Notes: generated from the letters alone by a model not told the origin. A DNA stretch of 64,000 nt from Candidatus Bathyarchaeota archaeon (GCA_963780185.1 CAWABA010000006.1:288001-352000); one strand, 5' to 3'; numbered from the stretch's first letter, positions 40,936 to 54,430 are shown. Made by a program: numbers and translations.

Positions 40936-42354
40936 ATGTTCCAACCCAAACAAACCCAGCTGAATTTAATGACCCACAACCTGCTCAACAAAAGAATTGC
41001 TGCGCCCAAACGTGTCAAGATTGCTAGTCTGAGCGCTATCCCTGAGGTTAATGGGAAAAGTGATTCTTCAAAGCAGAGTCATCTGCATTTTGGCAGAAAA
41101 GCCAAGTTTGCGGTGGCAATCGCTATCGCAGCTATCCTGCTTGTTTCATTTTTTGTTGGGATTTCCAGTTCAAACTCTCAGCTAGGGCGGTGGATGGGAA
41201 TTGACTATGTTCCCGCAGGCTTTCACGAGGGCAATTTAGGTTTCGTTGTTTCGGGTCAACCCGTCAATGAATCCGTTTGGCTCGGGGTAGCGGCAAACGC
41301 GTGGGCGTATTTTCAACCCGGCGTAGGCGTTGACGCAAACACTGGGCTTCCGTATGCTTCAGGCACAAATTTTAAGCCTTTTACCTCTTGGGATTTAGGG
41401 GTTTACATCCAGGCGGTGCTTGACGCTCAGAAACTTGGGCTTATAAAAGCGGGCGGCGCGTGGGGTTCAACTGCGCGGATTGCGAAGGTCATGAGTTTTC
41501 TTGAGAATCGACCCTTGAACCCGAAAACGGGTTACCCCTACTGGTATTACGATGCGACAAACGGGCAAGATTACCCTGCGATGTCGGATAAGGCAACAGG
41601 CATCGTTGACGGGGCTGACACGGGGAGGCTGTTTTTGGCTCTTAGCCATCTCAGAGACTACGACAGCAGTTTAGCGCCAAGGATAGACTACATTGTTTAT
41701 AACCAGAGTGACTACGCGGCGTTGCTGCCAAGCGTCGAGAGAGACACCGCATCAAACAACGTCTACTCCTACTACATAGACAGCGGCTACGCATGCTTTT
41801 GGCCCCAAGTCAGCTACGTTCCAGACCAAACCATGGAAAACCTTGCCCAAATGAACAAAGTCACCACATGCGGCGTCTTATTGCCAAACGCCACAATAAC
41901 CACCGAGCCATTGCTGTGCGCAATCTTCGAAATCAACAACACCAACACCGAACTAAACGCCCTGACGAAGCAAGTTTACCTTGCCCACCAAGCCTACTAC
42001 AACTCAACAGGCAAGTACGTTGCCTTCAGCGAAGGAAACTCCTTTACAAGCCAATACCTCTACGAATGGGTAGTCGCCCCCAACGGCCAGACATGGAAAA
42101 TAACCAGCACCACCCCCAACATATACCTAAACATAAACCCCATAATCTACACCAAAGTAGCCTTCAGCTTCCTCGCACTCTACAACACCACCTTCGCCCA
42201 AAACATAGTTGTCTACCTCCAAAACATGATTCCTAACCCCTCCTCAAACGGGTACAGCGACGGCGCAAACAGCAGCGGACAGTGCATTCCAGGCACAGGC
42301 TGCAACACCAACGGCTTAATTTTAGACGCCGCCCTCTACGCCATTCAGAACTAA
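40936..42354 (+). CDS. DUF3131-type secreted glycoside hydrolase-like protein (start uncertain)
   Basis: AWAYFQ...VDANTGL, TSWDLGVY, DTGRL, YVAFSEG, IYTKVAF, NTNGLIL. Confidence 0.7.
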   Translation: MFQPKQTQLNLMTHNLLNKRIAAPKRVKIASLSAIPEVNGKSDSSKQSHLHFGRKAKFAVAIAIAAILLVSFFVGISSSNSQLGRWMGIDYVPAGFHEGNLGFVVSGQPVNESVWLGVAANAWAYFQPGVGVDANTGLPYASGTNFKPFTSWDLGVYIQAVLDAQKLGLIKAGGAWGSTARIAKVMSFLENRPLNPKTGYPYWYYDATNGQDYPAMSDKATGIVDGADTGRLFLALSHLRDYDSSLAPRIDYIVYNQSDYAALLPSVERDTASNNVYSYYIDSGYACFWPQVSYVPDQTMENLAQMNKVTTCGVLLPNATITTEPLLCAIFEINNTNTELNALTKQVYLAHQAYYNSTGKYVAFSEGNSFTSQYLYEWVVAPNGQTWKITSTTPNIYLNINPIIYTKVAFSFLALYNTTFAQNIVVYLQNMIPNPSSNGYSDGANSSGQCIPGTGCNTNGLILDAALYAIQN

Positions 42355-42382
42355 TATATGGCTCGTCCCTGTATGAGGCAGG

Positions 42383-42916
42383 ATGGTGCAGGTTTTGCCA
42401 AAAATGGTTGCGGTCGTCGGCGGGAAACACTCGGGGAAAACCACCGTTATCGAACACTTAATTGCAGAACTGAAAAGCCGTGGATACCGTGTTGGTGCCG
42501 TTAAGGAGATGGTTCGCATCCCAACGTTGGATACGCCTGCCACTGAAACTGACAGGTACACCACTGCGGGGGCAGAAGTCATAGTTGCTGTTCCCAGAGA
42601 CGAAACCGTCGTATTCATCAAAAAACGGCTCAGCATAAAAGAGATTTTGCCCTACCTCAATGGGCTCGACTATGCTCTTTTAGAAGGCTTCGAGCGTGAA
42701 CAAACGCTTCCCAAGATTATTGCTGCAAAAACCGCTGACGAAGTAAAAAGCTACTTGGGCGGGTTGGTCATTGCCGTTTCAGGTCTGATAATGGAGTCCG
42801 CGCCAGAAACAAAGAAAGCCGCCATGTTCAATATTCCAATGTTCAAGATTTCGATGCAGACTGGAGAACTTGCCGATTTAGTCGCCGAAAAAGCGGTAAC
42901 CTGCAGCGGCATCTGA
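42383..42916 (+). CDS. mobB: Second MobB family protein
   Basis: VVGGKHSGKTT, LDTPATETDRY...AGA, LLEGF. Confidence 0.85.
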   Translation: MVQVLPKMVAVVGGKHSGKTTVIEHLIAELKSRGYRVGAVKEMVRIPTLDTPATETDRYTTAGAEVIVAVPRDETVVFIKKRLSIKEILPYLNGLDYALLEGFEREQTLPKIIAAKTADEVKSYLGGLVIAVSGLIMESAPETKKAAMFNIPMFKISMQTGELADLVAEKAVTCSGI

Positions 42917-43168
42917 AGTCTCGTTTACGTAGAAATTAAAACTATGTTTATATCGTTAGTTGCGCTAGGGTTTATCAGGGATTAGCAATTGCCTCGAAAG
43001 AAAAATAAGTTTAAGCTTTTCAGTCTATTCGGTTTACTTGCTGAATTTGAAGATCCAGAAGAGCACAACCATTGCCACTGCGAAGGCAACATTTGAGTGC
43101 CGCTCTTCCCTTTTTGTAAGTGTGAAAAAATGCTATGAACTGCCGGGGATTTCTGCTTCTTGAAATTG

Positions 43169-44275
43169 TTATTCGATGTTGTTGTCTTCAAAGATGTTTA
43201 ATGCGTCAGTGCTGAAACACACGTATACTTTGTCTCCTATGCTGACCCCCAAACTCTTGATTGTGCTTAAAGAAACTCTTGTTTTTACCAAGAAGCCTGC
43301 GTCTATCGTGACTTGGGCGTTTGATCTCATTTGAACCATCTCAGTTATGACTCCTTGAACAGAGTTGCTTGGAGCCCCACCGAAATTGGATTCGGCTGAT
43401 TTGGAAAGTACGATGTCTTCAGGTTTAATTGTGGCGATAACGCTTTTTCCGACGATGTTAGGAGTTTTTGGCGCCAAAATTATCTCGCCATTCACATCGA
43501 TTTCTAAGAGCCCCTCACGGGTTCCCACAGCGCTGCCTTTGAACGTGTTAATTCCCAGAAACTTTGCAACGTACGATGAACTGGGCTTATCAAAAATCTC
43601 GGTTCTGCCGCCGATTTGCTCGATGCGTCCATTGCCCATCACAGCTATCCTGTCTGACATCACAAAAGCTTCAGACAAGTTATGAGTAACATAAACCACA
43701 TCGATTTTTAGTGCCTGAAGGTAGTTTTTGAGTTCCAACCTGAAAGATTCTCTTAGTTGAGGATCAACTGCGGAGACAGGTTCATCTAAAAGCAGCACTT
43801 GCGGTTCAGTTGCCAGAGATCTTGCCAACGCAATCCTTTGTTTCTGCCCGCCGCTAAGTTGACTCGGATAAAACTTTGCATATTCGTGGAGCCCAACGAA
43901 ATCAAGTAGGCTTTCCGTTCTTTTTTTCACTTCCTGTCTGGGTAAGTGCATCGCCTTTAACCCGTATGCTACATTGTCTTGAACGCGCATATGAGGAAAA
44001 AGAGATACCGTTTGGAAGACATAGCCAACTTTACGCTCTGACGGCTTAAGCTGAACCTTTTTTGTGCCCTCTTTTCCGCTCACTAACACATCGTCAATGT
44101 AAATATTGCCTTCATCTTGCCTGGTTAAGCCTGAAAGTATGTTTAACAGCGTTGTTTTTCCACAGCCGTTCGGCCCAAGAAGTGACAAGATTTCCTCGTC
44201 TCTAACTTCGAGACTGAGGTTTTCCAAAACCTTCTTTTCTTTAAAAGATTTTGAAATTGAAGTAATCTTTATCAT
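43169..44275 (-). CDS. modC: Molybdate/tungstate ABC transporter ATPase with C-terminal TOBE domain
   Basis: [26 protein letters not shown]. Confidence 0.88.
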   Translation of the reverse strand: MIKITSISKSFKEKKVLENLSLEVRDEEILSLLGPNGCGKTTLLNILSGLTRQDEGNIYIDDVLVSGKEGTKKVQLKPSERKVGYVFQTVSLFPHMRVQDNVAYGLKAMHLPRQEVKKRTESLLDFVGLHEYAKFYPSQLSGGQKQRIALARSLATEPQVLLLDEPVSAVDPQLRESFRLELKNYLQALKIDVVYVTHNLSEAFVMSDRIAVMGNGRIEQIGGRTEIFDKPSSSYVAKFLGINTFKGSAVGTREGLLEIDVNGEIILAPKTPNIVGKSVIATIKPEDIVLSKSAESNFGGAPSNSVQGVITEMVQMRSNAQVTIDAGFLVKTRVSLSTIKSLGVSIGDKVYVCFSTDALNIFEDNNIE

Positions 44276-45094
44276 TTTTTGGCGCCCCACCTTTTTTGCT
44301 CAAGAAGCTTAACGGCTATAAGAATTGAGAATGAAATGATGATTAAAATAATGGATAACATGATTCCTGCTAAGGGCTCGTAATACAGAAACATGTAGAT
44401 TGCCAGAGGCATCGTCTGCGTTATACCTGCAATGTTTCCCGCGAACATGAGGGTTGCGCCAAACTCGCCCATGGCTCTTGCCCACGTCATCATGGTTCCT
44501 GAAATTATAGCCCGTATTGAAAGCGGGAAAGTGATGGTGAAAAATACCCTGAAGGCGAGAACCCGATAACATCTTGGCACTGTTAATTATGTCTTTATCC
44601 ATGTTTTCAAACCCAACTTTGGCAGATCTAAAAAGAAATGGAGATGCTACAAAAGTTTCTGCAATAACGACGGCTATTGTGCTTCCAGGTATAATGAATC
44701 CCGGTTTGTTGAATAGGGGACCCAGTAGTCCTTTCGGCGCGAAAGTGTATAGCAACGCCACACCCGCTACAGCAGGCGGCAAAACTATAGGTAAATCCAT
44801 TATAGTGTCAAGGAATGTTTTTCCAGGAAAATTTCTCGTTACCATGAAATAAGCTGATGGTACCGCTAAAATAAAGGCAATTACAGTCGCTGCGGCTGAT
44901 GTCATTAAGCTGAGTTTAATGGCTTCTATGATTCCAGCGTTACGTATCTGCGCGCTGACTTGGCTAGGCTCGATTTTTAAAAAAACTGCTAAAATTGGTA
45001 TGGTTATGAAAAGAAAGTATGTTACTACGATTAGGGCAACGATTAAAATGATAATTTTGTCTGGATATCGGAGTTGAGCGAACCTATGCTTCAA
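44272..45094 (-). CDS. modB: Molybdate/tungstate ABC transporter permease (frameshifted)
   Basis: [38 protein letters not shown]. Confidence 0.9.
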
Positions 45095-45151
45095 TATGTT
45101 GCACCGTTCGATAACTTAAAAAAAAGATGTGGAAGTGCTTAATATGCACTT

Positions 45152-46178
45152 TTATGACCCGAACCCGAATTCTGTCAGCAGCGCTTGTCCTTGTGCTTGA
45201 AAGCCAGTAATTGTAGAAGTCTTGTGCTACAGCTGATTGAGTTGTTTCGCTAGGTATGCAAATGCCGTAGGTGCCAACAGTGTTTACTGCGGTTAGGTAT
45301 TGGAAGGAATTGTACTGTTTCTCCTATCAGGTTGGCGTAAGCTTCGTCAGAGTAGTACACGATGCCAGCGTCAGCGACTCCTACGTTGAGGTTAACGGCG
45401 CCAACGACTTGTTCATCAGTTGATAACGTGTTAATGACGTTGTTTTGGAAATTCGTGTAGTAGTTAGCGTAAGCTGGGTTGTAGCTTGGAGAGCTTGGGT
45501 TGCCCCATGTGTTAGTTAATTTTTGTCAGGGTTTGGTTTGTGTATGAGCCTACAGGCACTGATGTCTGCGCTATTACGATATGTATCTTGTTAGCGCCTG
45601 TAGCGGTAGAAGCTAAGTCTGCCAGTGATGTAATGTTTTTCGGGTTGCCTTGCGCTATAATGACGCAGAGACTGTTTGTTGTGAAATTGGTGTTGAAGTT
45701 GCTGTATGACGAGGTTTGAGCTGTTTAACGCGTTGGTCCATTTGGTGTCGGCGGACATGAAGACGTCGCATGGTGAGCCTGCAGCGATTTGCGCTTCAAG
45801 TGTACTTGATGAGCCAGAGTTGACTACTATGTTGCAGTTATATTGCTTGTCGAATGCTGCGGTCATGTTTGCGACGACGTTGACTAAGCTTGAAGCAACG
45901 AACACTGTTAGAGTTACAGGTGTTGGGGTTGCTGTCGGAGCAGGTGTTGGAGATCGGTTGAAGGTGATGCTGTTGGGGTAGCGGTGGGTTTTGCGGTGTG
46001 GGTGAGGGCGTTGCGCGTTGCTGTTGGGGTGAGCGTGGGTGATGCGGTCGGTGCGGGTGACGGTGTGGGGGAAATTTTGGAGTTGGGTGAGAGTGTTCCG
46101 TTGTAGGCTAAATAGCCCAGTGCGGAAGCAACTATTATTATGACGTACCATTATTATTGCAAGGTATTTTGTGTTCAT
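45152..46178 (-). CDS. modA: Molybdate/tungstate ABC substrate-binding protein (heavily frameshifted)
   Basis: LTVFVASSL, SGSSSTL, CDVFMSAD, ADAGIVY; N-terminal PT linker. Confidence 0.85.
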
Positions 46179-46189
46179 GGAGATTATCT

Positions 46190-46213
46190 CGATGTTATCA
46201 TTTAGTCATATCG
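46190..46213. promoter_or_regulatory. ModE-like operator palindrome 4
   Basis: CGATGTTA-TCATTTAG-TCATATCG just upstream of the modA ATG. Confidence 0.85.
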
Positions 46214-46449
46214 AACAATTGTCAAAATATAAACCTTTCCAGACAAAACTTCGCGTTAAGCCGCTTATCATAGACTTGTAGATATCAAAACCCGTAAACT
46301 TTGACGCAAATTGAAAGGACCCAAAACTTTAGTCAGAAACTACCTTCCCTGTACCGTCAAAGCGTATCGTCTTTTCGTAGATACTTTACCCTCCTACCGG
46401 GCACCCTTGCACAAAACCGAAACATCTACCCAAACAAACCGCTCAATCA

Positions 46450-46779
46450 TTACGGCATCTTTTCTAAAAGATTGTTGAGCTCAGCCTGGGTATAACGGTA
46501 CCGCTTAACTAAATCTCTGCCAAAATCCGTAACTTCCGATGAGCCGCCGCCTTTCGATCCGCCACGCACACGTTTCACAAGTGACTGCCCAAGCCGCTCC
46601 TCTGCCAAAGTGATGCGGTGCAGGGCATAGCGGTAGGACATGCCTAGGTTTTTGGTGGTTTCAAGCATCGAGTGGCATTTGTCGATTTCTTCCAAGAGTT
46701 CCGCTAAGCCGTCGCCGAAAACCGCTTCGTCATTCTCGTTAACCATCCAAAGCTTAACTGCGTATTTGAGGGCGCACAT
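46450..46779 (-). CDS. modE: ModE N-terminal winged-helix regulator (no TOBE domains)
   Basis: FGDGLAELLEEI...LGMSYR...RGGSKGGGS.VT. Confidence 0.85.
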   Translation of the reverse strand: MCALKYAVKLWMVNENDEAVFGDGLAELLEEIDKCHSMLETTKNLGMSYRYALHRITLAEERLGQSLVKRVRGGSKGGGSSEVTDFGRDLVKRYRYTQAELNNLLEKMP

Positions 46780-46954
46780 GACGTTCTCCCGCTTCTATTT
46801 AGATCGTTGAATCCAATTAAGGTTTGGTGTTTCATTTTGTCCGTTTTTGTTGGTTGCGACGTGTTTGTGCATGCATAACGCTTAATTACTTGTACTTATC
46901 GTACTTACGTAGTACAGTAGAGTAATACTTATAATTTAAGAAGGGGAACAAATA

Positions 46955-47818
46955 ATGCAAAAAACCACAACAACCAGCAATACAAAATAACCCAAAAACA
47001 ACAATTAAACCCACAAGTAAAACTACTCAAAATACATGCACCCGACATCGCCCAAAAAGCCAAAGCAGGGCAATTCGTAATATCTCAAAACACATGTGAA
47101 CAGCGAAAGAATACCCCTAACCATAGCTACTTGGGACAAAACGCGTGGCACAATCACCCTCATATTCCAAGAAGTAGGGTTCTCAACAATCGAGCTCGGC
47201 AAGCTCCAAGCAGGCGACAGAAATAGAGAATTTGGCAGGGCCCTTGGGGAACCCAAGTGACATAAAAAACTATGGTAAAGTGGCTGTTGTATGCGGCGGG
47301 GTTGGAACAGCAGCTGCTTACCCGATCGCCCAGGCGTTGAAGGAAGCAGGAAACAACGTAACAACCATCATGGGCGCAAGAAACAAAGACCTGCTAATCT
47401 TGGAAGACGAAATGAAGGAAGTTTCTGACGAGTTTTACGTAGCAACTGACGACGGTTCAAAAGGGCAGAAAGGCTTCGTCACAGACGTACTCAAGATGCA
47501 GATGGCGCAAGGTGCATCAAGTTTCAACGTTGTTTATGCCGTAGGACCTCCCATGATGATGAATGCGGTATCCGAAGCCACACGACCTCACAAAATAAAA
47601 ACGATCGTCAGCCTGAACCCGATCATGGTCGATGGCATGGGTATGTGCGGTGCCTGCCGAGTTTCAGTCGCCGACAAAGTTCGGTTTGCATGCGTTGAAG
47701 GACCCGAATTTGACGCTCACCAAGTCAACTTCAAAGAATTAATGATGCGGCTTAGAAGCTACTCAAACGAGGAAAAACTGAACACGCAAGTCAGCGAGAA
47801 TTTTGGGAGAGCATGCAC

Positions 47819-47834
<16 letters not shown>
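46955..47834 (+). CDS. nfnA: NfnA/SudB FAD and [2Fe-2S] subunit (frameshifted)
   Basis: GPLG, CGGVGTA, VGPPMMM, NPIMVDGMGMCGACRV...CVEGPEF. Confidence 0.88.
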
Positions 47835-49288
<1,454 letters not shown>

Positions 49289-49340
49289 AGTCGTCGACTT
49301 AACCCGAGGCTTGCCTGAGCCGTTAGTTTCTGCGCTGTTC

Positions 49341-50380
49341 CTAAGGTTCAGGATTAACCATTTTGAAGGCGCGGTTCACTGCTATCTCGGCGATGCTAAA
49401 GGCGCAGTGCGAGATTCTTTTTATGTTGTCGCGTATGGAGCATATGGCGCAAACTAACTCGGCGCTTTTTGGTGGACCCGGTAAATGATTTGGATGCTAT
49501 TTCCACTTCGAGTTTATCCATTCTCTGCTCTATGCTTCATTATTTCAACTGCGGCAGACACATCTTTCGCGAAGAACGCTGTCAACTGCCTTCACATAAA
49601 GGTCTAGCTGCTTCTGTTCCGCCGTTTATCATAAGCGCCAAGACTTCTTCCGGGATCTTTTGTTCGTGTGCCACTGAGCATTACGATGTGCCTTGCGATG
49701 TCGGCTGCGTAATCTGAGGCGTATTCCATTCGGTAAACAAGCGTTTCGTGATCCATGCAGTCGATGGGTCAACATGTATTTCCTTTGCCAAAATGTGGGT
49801 CTTGTGCGGCGTTGCGTAGGATTCTGAGTATGAAGAAAGCGAAGTGGTCAACATCGTCGTCAAGCGAAAAAATCGATTTCGCCAATGCCACGTCATCATT
49901 TTTTAACGCATTCATAGCTCCTTCGCACATTGAACGTGAAATCATGTGCATTCGTTGTATCGCCTGCTCCAAGCGATGCTATCGATTCATCCATTAAGTT
50001 TTGAATGTACACGCATTTTGAATCTGCTTCCATAACTCTCATGTAGAGCTTTCCAGCCATGTTACGGATAGCTTTGGTTTGAGGTACAGTGAAGATGTTT
50101 CCTGAGGTCAGCATAATTCCAGTGTACCCGTTTAAGAAGGCGCCTAAGGATTTTTTGAGTATATCAAGATTTCTTCGTCGTTTTGGTTTATGCTTAGAGT
50201 TATTTCTTTGGGCGTGGCTTTTTTGATGTTGCTTGGATAAATAACTAAGGCGCGGTCTCGTTGAACGCTGAAGGAAACGGTGTCGCCTTTTTTCAGTTCG
50301 TTTAGCTGCAGCCATTCTTTTGGAAGAGAGACTACGAGTGATGATTTGCCTGCAGACATGATTTTTCTTTCCGATTCCAA
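49341..50380 (-). CDS. phoU: Archaeal phosphate uptake regulator (AbrB plus PhoU domains; frameshifted)
   Basis: RKIMSAGKSSLVVSLPKEW; DDDVDHF PhoU repeat. Confidence 0.82.
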
Positions 50381-50507
50381 CTTTTTCCCTCAGTAACAAG
50401 TAGAAGTAATAATCAGTTAGTACGTCGCTTAGCCAATATATATTATACTGAATCAAACAGGGTCCGTTGCCGCTGACCAAGAAAATACGCCCCGTAAGTA
50501 TATGCCT

Positions 50508-51584
50508 CTAAGATTCAAATAGGGGCATACTTTCTGAAAGATGTTTGCTGAATCCCTCTATTATGCCTCGATCACTTTCGCGTCTCTTCGAAACGTTAAC
50601 GTTGCCATTGCCTTCTGTCACATATCCGACTTCGAAATGCCTGACTCTTCGCTTATCCAACTCGCTCAAGCAAGTCGTCTGCGTCTTCTTTGGCCACTGC
50701 AATCAGCATCCCGCCAGCCGTTTCCTTCGCTTCGCCAGTCAACAAGGGGTACCCGAAAAGCTCCGCCAAAACAGGAGTCCCACGAATCACCGCCAACTGT
50801 GTCAATGACGATGTCGACTTTTCCAAGAACCGCCATGTTTGCGGCGTGGCCTTTAAGCCCGAAGCCTGTCACGTCGGTTGCCGCATGAACTGGAACCCTC
50901 TGCATGGCTTCCGCCACGGACTTGTTTGAGGAGTCATTCCATCAACGGCTTCATTAACTGCCGCTTCAACCAGATCTTCTGGGATGTCTTTAAGCAGATC
51001 TTTTCCTTCCTCTTCTTTTCTAAGCCTGTAAGCCGCCATCGCAGGAGCAATCCCCAAGCGGCTTTGGTCAAAAAAAGTCGGTCGCCGACCTTCGCGCCTC
51101 TGGTGTAAACGATTTTTTCGGGTCGCCTACGCCTGTTGCGGCGCCGCCGATGATTGGCCAAGGGTTCCTGAATGGTGTGACCGCCAACTACTGGTGCGCC
51201 CATTTCGCGGCAGAAATCGCCAAACCCTTTGAGCATTCCCACGGCTAACTCGTCAGGCATGTTTTCGGGAAACGCCAAAATCGACAGGACACTTACGATG
51301 TTGGTTACGGCTAAGGCGTAAATGTCGCTTGTTACGTTGCTTCCTGCGATTCTGCCTTGAATTTCGGGTTCATCAACCATCGGCGTAAAAAAATCCAAAG
51401 TGTTCAAAACCGCAATGCCTTCGGCGATTTTTACGACGCTGGAGTTTTCCCATGGACCAGCCAGCACTTCTTCGCCGAAATCGCCTGACAAACCCGCGTT
51501 ATCGAGCAGCCTGCCAAGTTGGTACTGGGGAAGCTTGCAGCTGCATCCGTGAACTGGAACAGCCTTAGTTAATCTGTAAGTCAA
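50508..51584 (-). CDS. selD: Selenide, water dikinase (Cys form; frameshifted)
   Basis: [40 protein letters not shown]. Confidence 0.88.
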
Positions 51585-51695
51585 CTCGTTTTCCTCCTAA
51601 ACCTCGACCCTGCATGCCATTTCATGAACACAAATGTTCTAGTTTCAATAACTTAAAAATGTTTAAAGGTTAAAAAAATTGGGAAAAGGCTGTGT

Positions 51696-52983
51696 TTACC
51701 TTTTCGCTTGGATGATTTCCATGAATGCTTGGATTCTGGTTTTAATTTGCTCTGAATCGCCCATGGTGTAGTCTGTTTCGATTTTCAGCATCGGTATTCC
51801 TTGTGCTTTGAGTTCTCGCTCCACTTTGACTCCTTCAACGTTGTAGTCATGGCAGTTTTGCAGTGTATAGTATATGACGCCTTCTACGTTGAATTGTTTG
51901 GCAAGTTCTGTAATGCTTTCTATGCGTCTGGTGTTTGGTGTGAAGCATGCGCAGGGTATCTTTGAGTATTTTTCGTCTATTGCCCAAAGCAAATCATACA
52001 GGCTTTCACCTTTCGGTTCTACTAAGTCAGTGAAGTATCTTGTTCCAACGCAGCTTTCTTCAGCGACGACCGTTGCGCCAAGCGACTCAGCGATGCTATG
52101 TACCTTCCAGTTAGGAACAGCCATCGGAGAACCTGAAATCATAATTCTCGGCGCATCCTTGCTCGCGACGCCTTCGCCGTCTTTTACGCGTTGGTCCAGT
52201 TCGTCACAAAGCTCGTTCACTTTTGCGGTGAACCGTTTGACGTCATCCATGAAGCCTATTTGGTCGATAAGCAAGCCGTCTAAGCCGCTGATTGGCGAAG
52301 GCGAATTTGCACGTAAATCAGATAGACGCTTGAGTGCCCTGCGTTTGCCGTTTATTAGTTCTATGGCTTGCTTTCAGTTTTTCAGCGGTTATCTCGTTGC
52401 CTGTAAGCTTCTCCATCTCGCTTTTGAATGCCTCTAACTCGTTAAACCAAAACTCTTTGCCTTGCCGGGTGTCGGGTTTGTGGGGGACTTCAATCACGTA
52501 GGTTGGGACAAGTTCGTTTAGGAGTTCGTAGACTTTCTTTTTGCCGTCGCATGTTGTTTCTCCGACGACGAGATCGCTGGATTGGAAGTAGGGGCAGGTT
52601 CGGTTCAGCTTGAATCCGTAAAATGACTTGATTAGGGGACACAGGTTTCGGGGTAGGACGGTTTCTGCGTCGGGAACTGAGAAGTCTGCGCCTGCGCATA
52701 AGCCAACCATCGTGGCATCTGCCGCGTAGGCTAATTCTTCGGGCGCGTAAATGCAGAATGCGCCGACTACTTTTTTGCCTGCTGCTCTGAGGTCGTTGAG
52801 TTCTTTGATTCTTAAGCCGTGGACTTCAGAGACGACAAAATCGAAGTAATCCATTTTTTTGGGGCGGTTCTTTTGGGACATGACTGCGCTGCCGTAGTAT
52901 TGTCCTAAGCCGTTTAGAAGTTGGTCGTGTTTCTCGATGTCCATGCCGAGTTTTTTCCACATTTCTACGTATTTTTCCGCCAT
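51696..52983 (-). CDS. Double-cubane cluster-containing reductase (2-hydroxyacyl-CoA dehydratase family); one frameshift
   Basis: GAFC, PRNLCPLIK, GETTCDGKKK, EESC, PCAC, NCHDY, KIETDY. Confidence 0.85.
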
Positions 52984-53065
52984 TAATGGTCACGTGCGGG
53001 AATATGTGAAAAGAGCGACATCTATTAAGATTTTTTGATAAACAATATTAGAAAAATTGATGCAG

Positions 53066-53290
53066 CTAGCGTTTCCTAATCAAAACCCTAAACTCAACAC
53101 CCGACTTAGCCGCCTCAACAACCTCATGCCCATTATTCTTAACCCAACGCTGAACATTATCAAACTCCAACTCGCCCTCCCCGACAACCTCAAGCAACTG
53201 CCCAGAAACCATGCTCTCCAGCTTCCGCTTCGTGAACGCCACTGGCATAGGGCACATTTTTCCTTTAACATCTAATTTTTCGGTTGCCAA
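53066..53290 (-). CDS. tusA: TusA/SirA/YedF sulfur carrier
   Basis: LDVKGKMCPMP. Confidence 0.88.
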   Translation of the reverse strand: MATEKLDVKGKMCPMPVAFTKRKLESMVSGQLLEVVGEGELEFDNVQRWVKNNGHEVVEAAKSGVEFRVLIRKR

Positions 53291-53299
53291 TTGGTGCGC

Positions 53300-53665
53300 C
53301 TAGAACGTGATCACTTTGTCACTGTTAGCTGTCCATTCGACAAGCTCATGTACGGTGGCGATTTTGACTCCGTCAAGCAGGTCAGTTTGGGTTAAGCCGC
53401 GGGCTTCGCAGCAGACGATGCAGGCTTTGACTTCTGCCCCGCCTTTGATGAGGTCTTCAAGCATTTGCCCATAGTTGGTTAAGCCTTGAGCAGGTTTTTG
53501 CCCTTTCTTAGCCAAGTAAACGCCGTTTTCGAACAGCCAGATTCTTACTTTGTGCCCTTCTATATCGCAGGTCCATGCAAACCTAAGCGCGGAGAGTGCG
53601 CGTTCTTTTGCGTAAGGCGCCTCATAAATTATTACGGTGAATGTCGCCAAGTTGTTCAACCTCAA
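53300..53665 (-). CDS. DsrE family sulfur relay protein
   Basis: APYAKE...ALRFA, LFENGV, ACIVCCEARG. Confidence 0.88.
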   Translation of the reverse strand: MRLNNLATFTVIIYEAPYAKERALSALRFAWTCDIEGHKVRIWLFENGVYLAKKGQKPAQGLTNYGQMLEDLIKGGAEVKACIVCCEARGLTQTDLLDGVKIATVHELVEWTANSDKVITF

Positions 53666-54175
53666 ATAACTTAATAATGGATATTAAAAAAAGCTGATAT
53701 AAGGCTTCTTCTAGAAAAACAGTTCCGTCAAGGCTAAAGAAGATATTTGGCTTGAGGCGTTGGTGGAAGAAGAAATGCAACGACACGTTCAGAGTGGTGA
53801 GTAAGCCGAAAAGGTGGTTTCCCACTGCCATTCTTTTTTTAGCTGACCCGACTGCCGCACATGGGGCAGAAAAGTTCATGACGGCACATCAGCTCAAACC
53901 AACAAATGTAGCAAAAGTAAATTTGGCATTTTGGGCAGTGCACAAAGAAACCGCCTATGAATTTTCCGCAAGCATCGCAAGGTCGGGTTAGGTCAACGTC
54001 GCTCATATTCTGTTTTGAGGTTTGATCCTTTTATAAGTAAACTGTCGAAGCGACTGTTTTAACTAGTAGAGGATTAACCGAAAGAGAACAATGGCAAAAC
54101 AGCTAGGGCACTGTATAAAGAAAGGCTTAAGGGATAGCTGATACCAAAAGGCTAATTTCAGGAGATGATAACAAG

Positions 54176-54403
54176 ATGGATAATAAAAAATATCTAGATA
54201 AACTTCGAAAAACAATAAATCGGTATTATAAACGTTTTAGACCTGATAAACAACTCGCTGGACGATTGTATGAAGCAAAAGAGCATGTGCATACAATGCC
54301 GGAAGAAGGTTATACGGTACCTGACAGAGTTGACATTTTTTTGAGGCAATTGCACTTGGATAAAGGAACTGCGCCAGAAAAAACAAGTGATGCAAAAGCT
54401 TAA
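54176..54403 (+). CDS. Hypothetical protein
   Basis: 75-aa ORF preceded by AGGAG, AT-rich context. Confidence 0.5.
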   Translation: MDNKKYLDKLRKTINRYYKRFRPDKQLAGRLYEAKEHVHTMPEEGYTVPDRVDIFLRQLHLDKGTAPEKTSDAKA

Positions 54404-54430
54404 AACTTCATAGCGTAGAATAGCGGTAAC

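Noticed and set aside
46891-46916. TGTACT...AGTACA palindrome upstream of nfnA
   Set aside because: Only 6-bp arms, single occurrence, too weak to call
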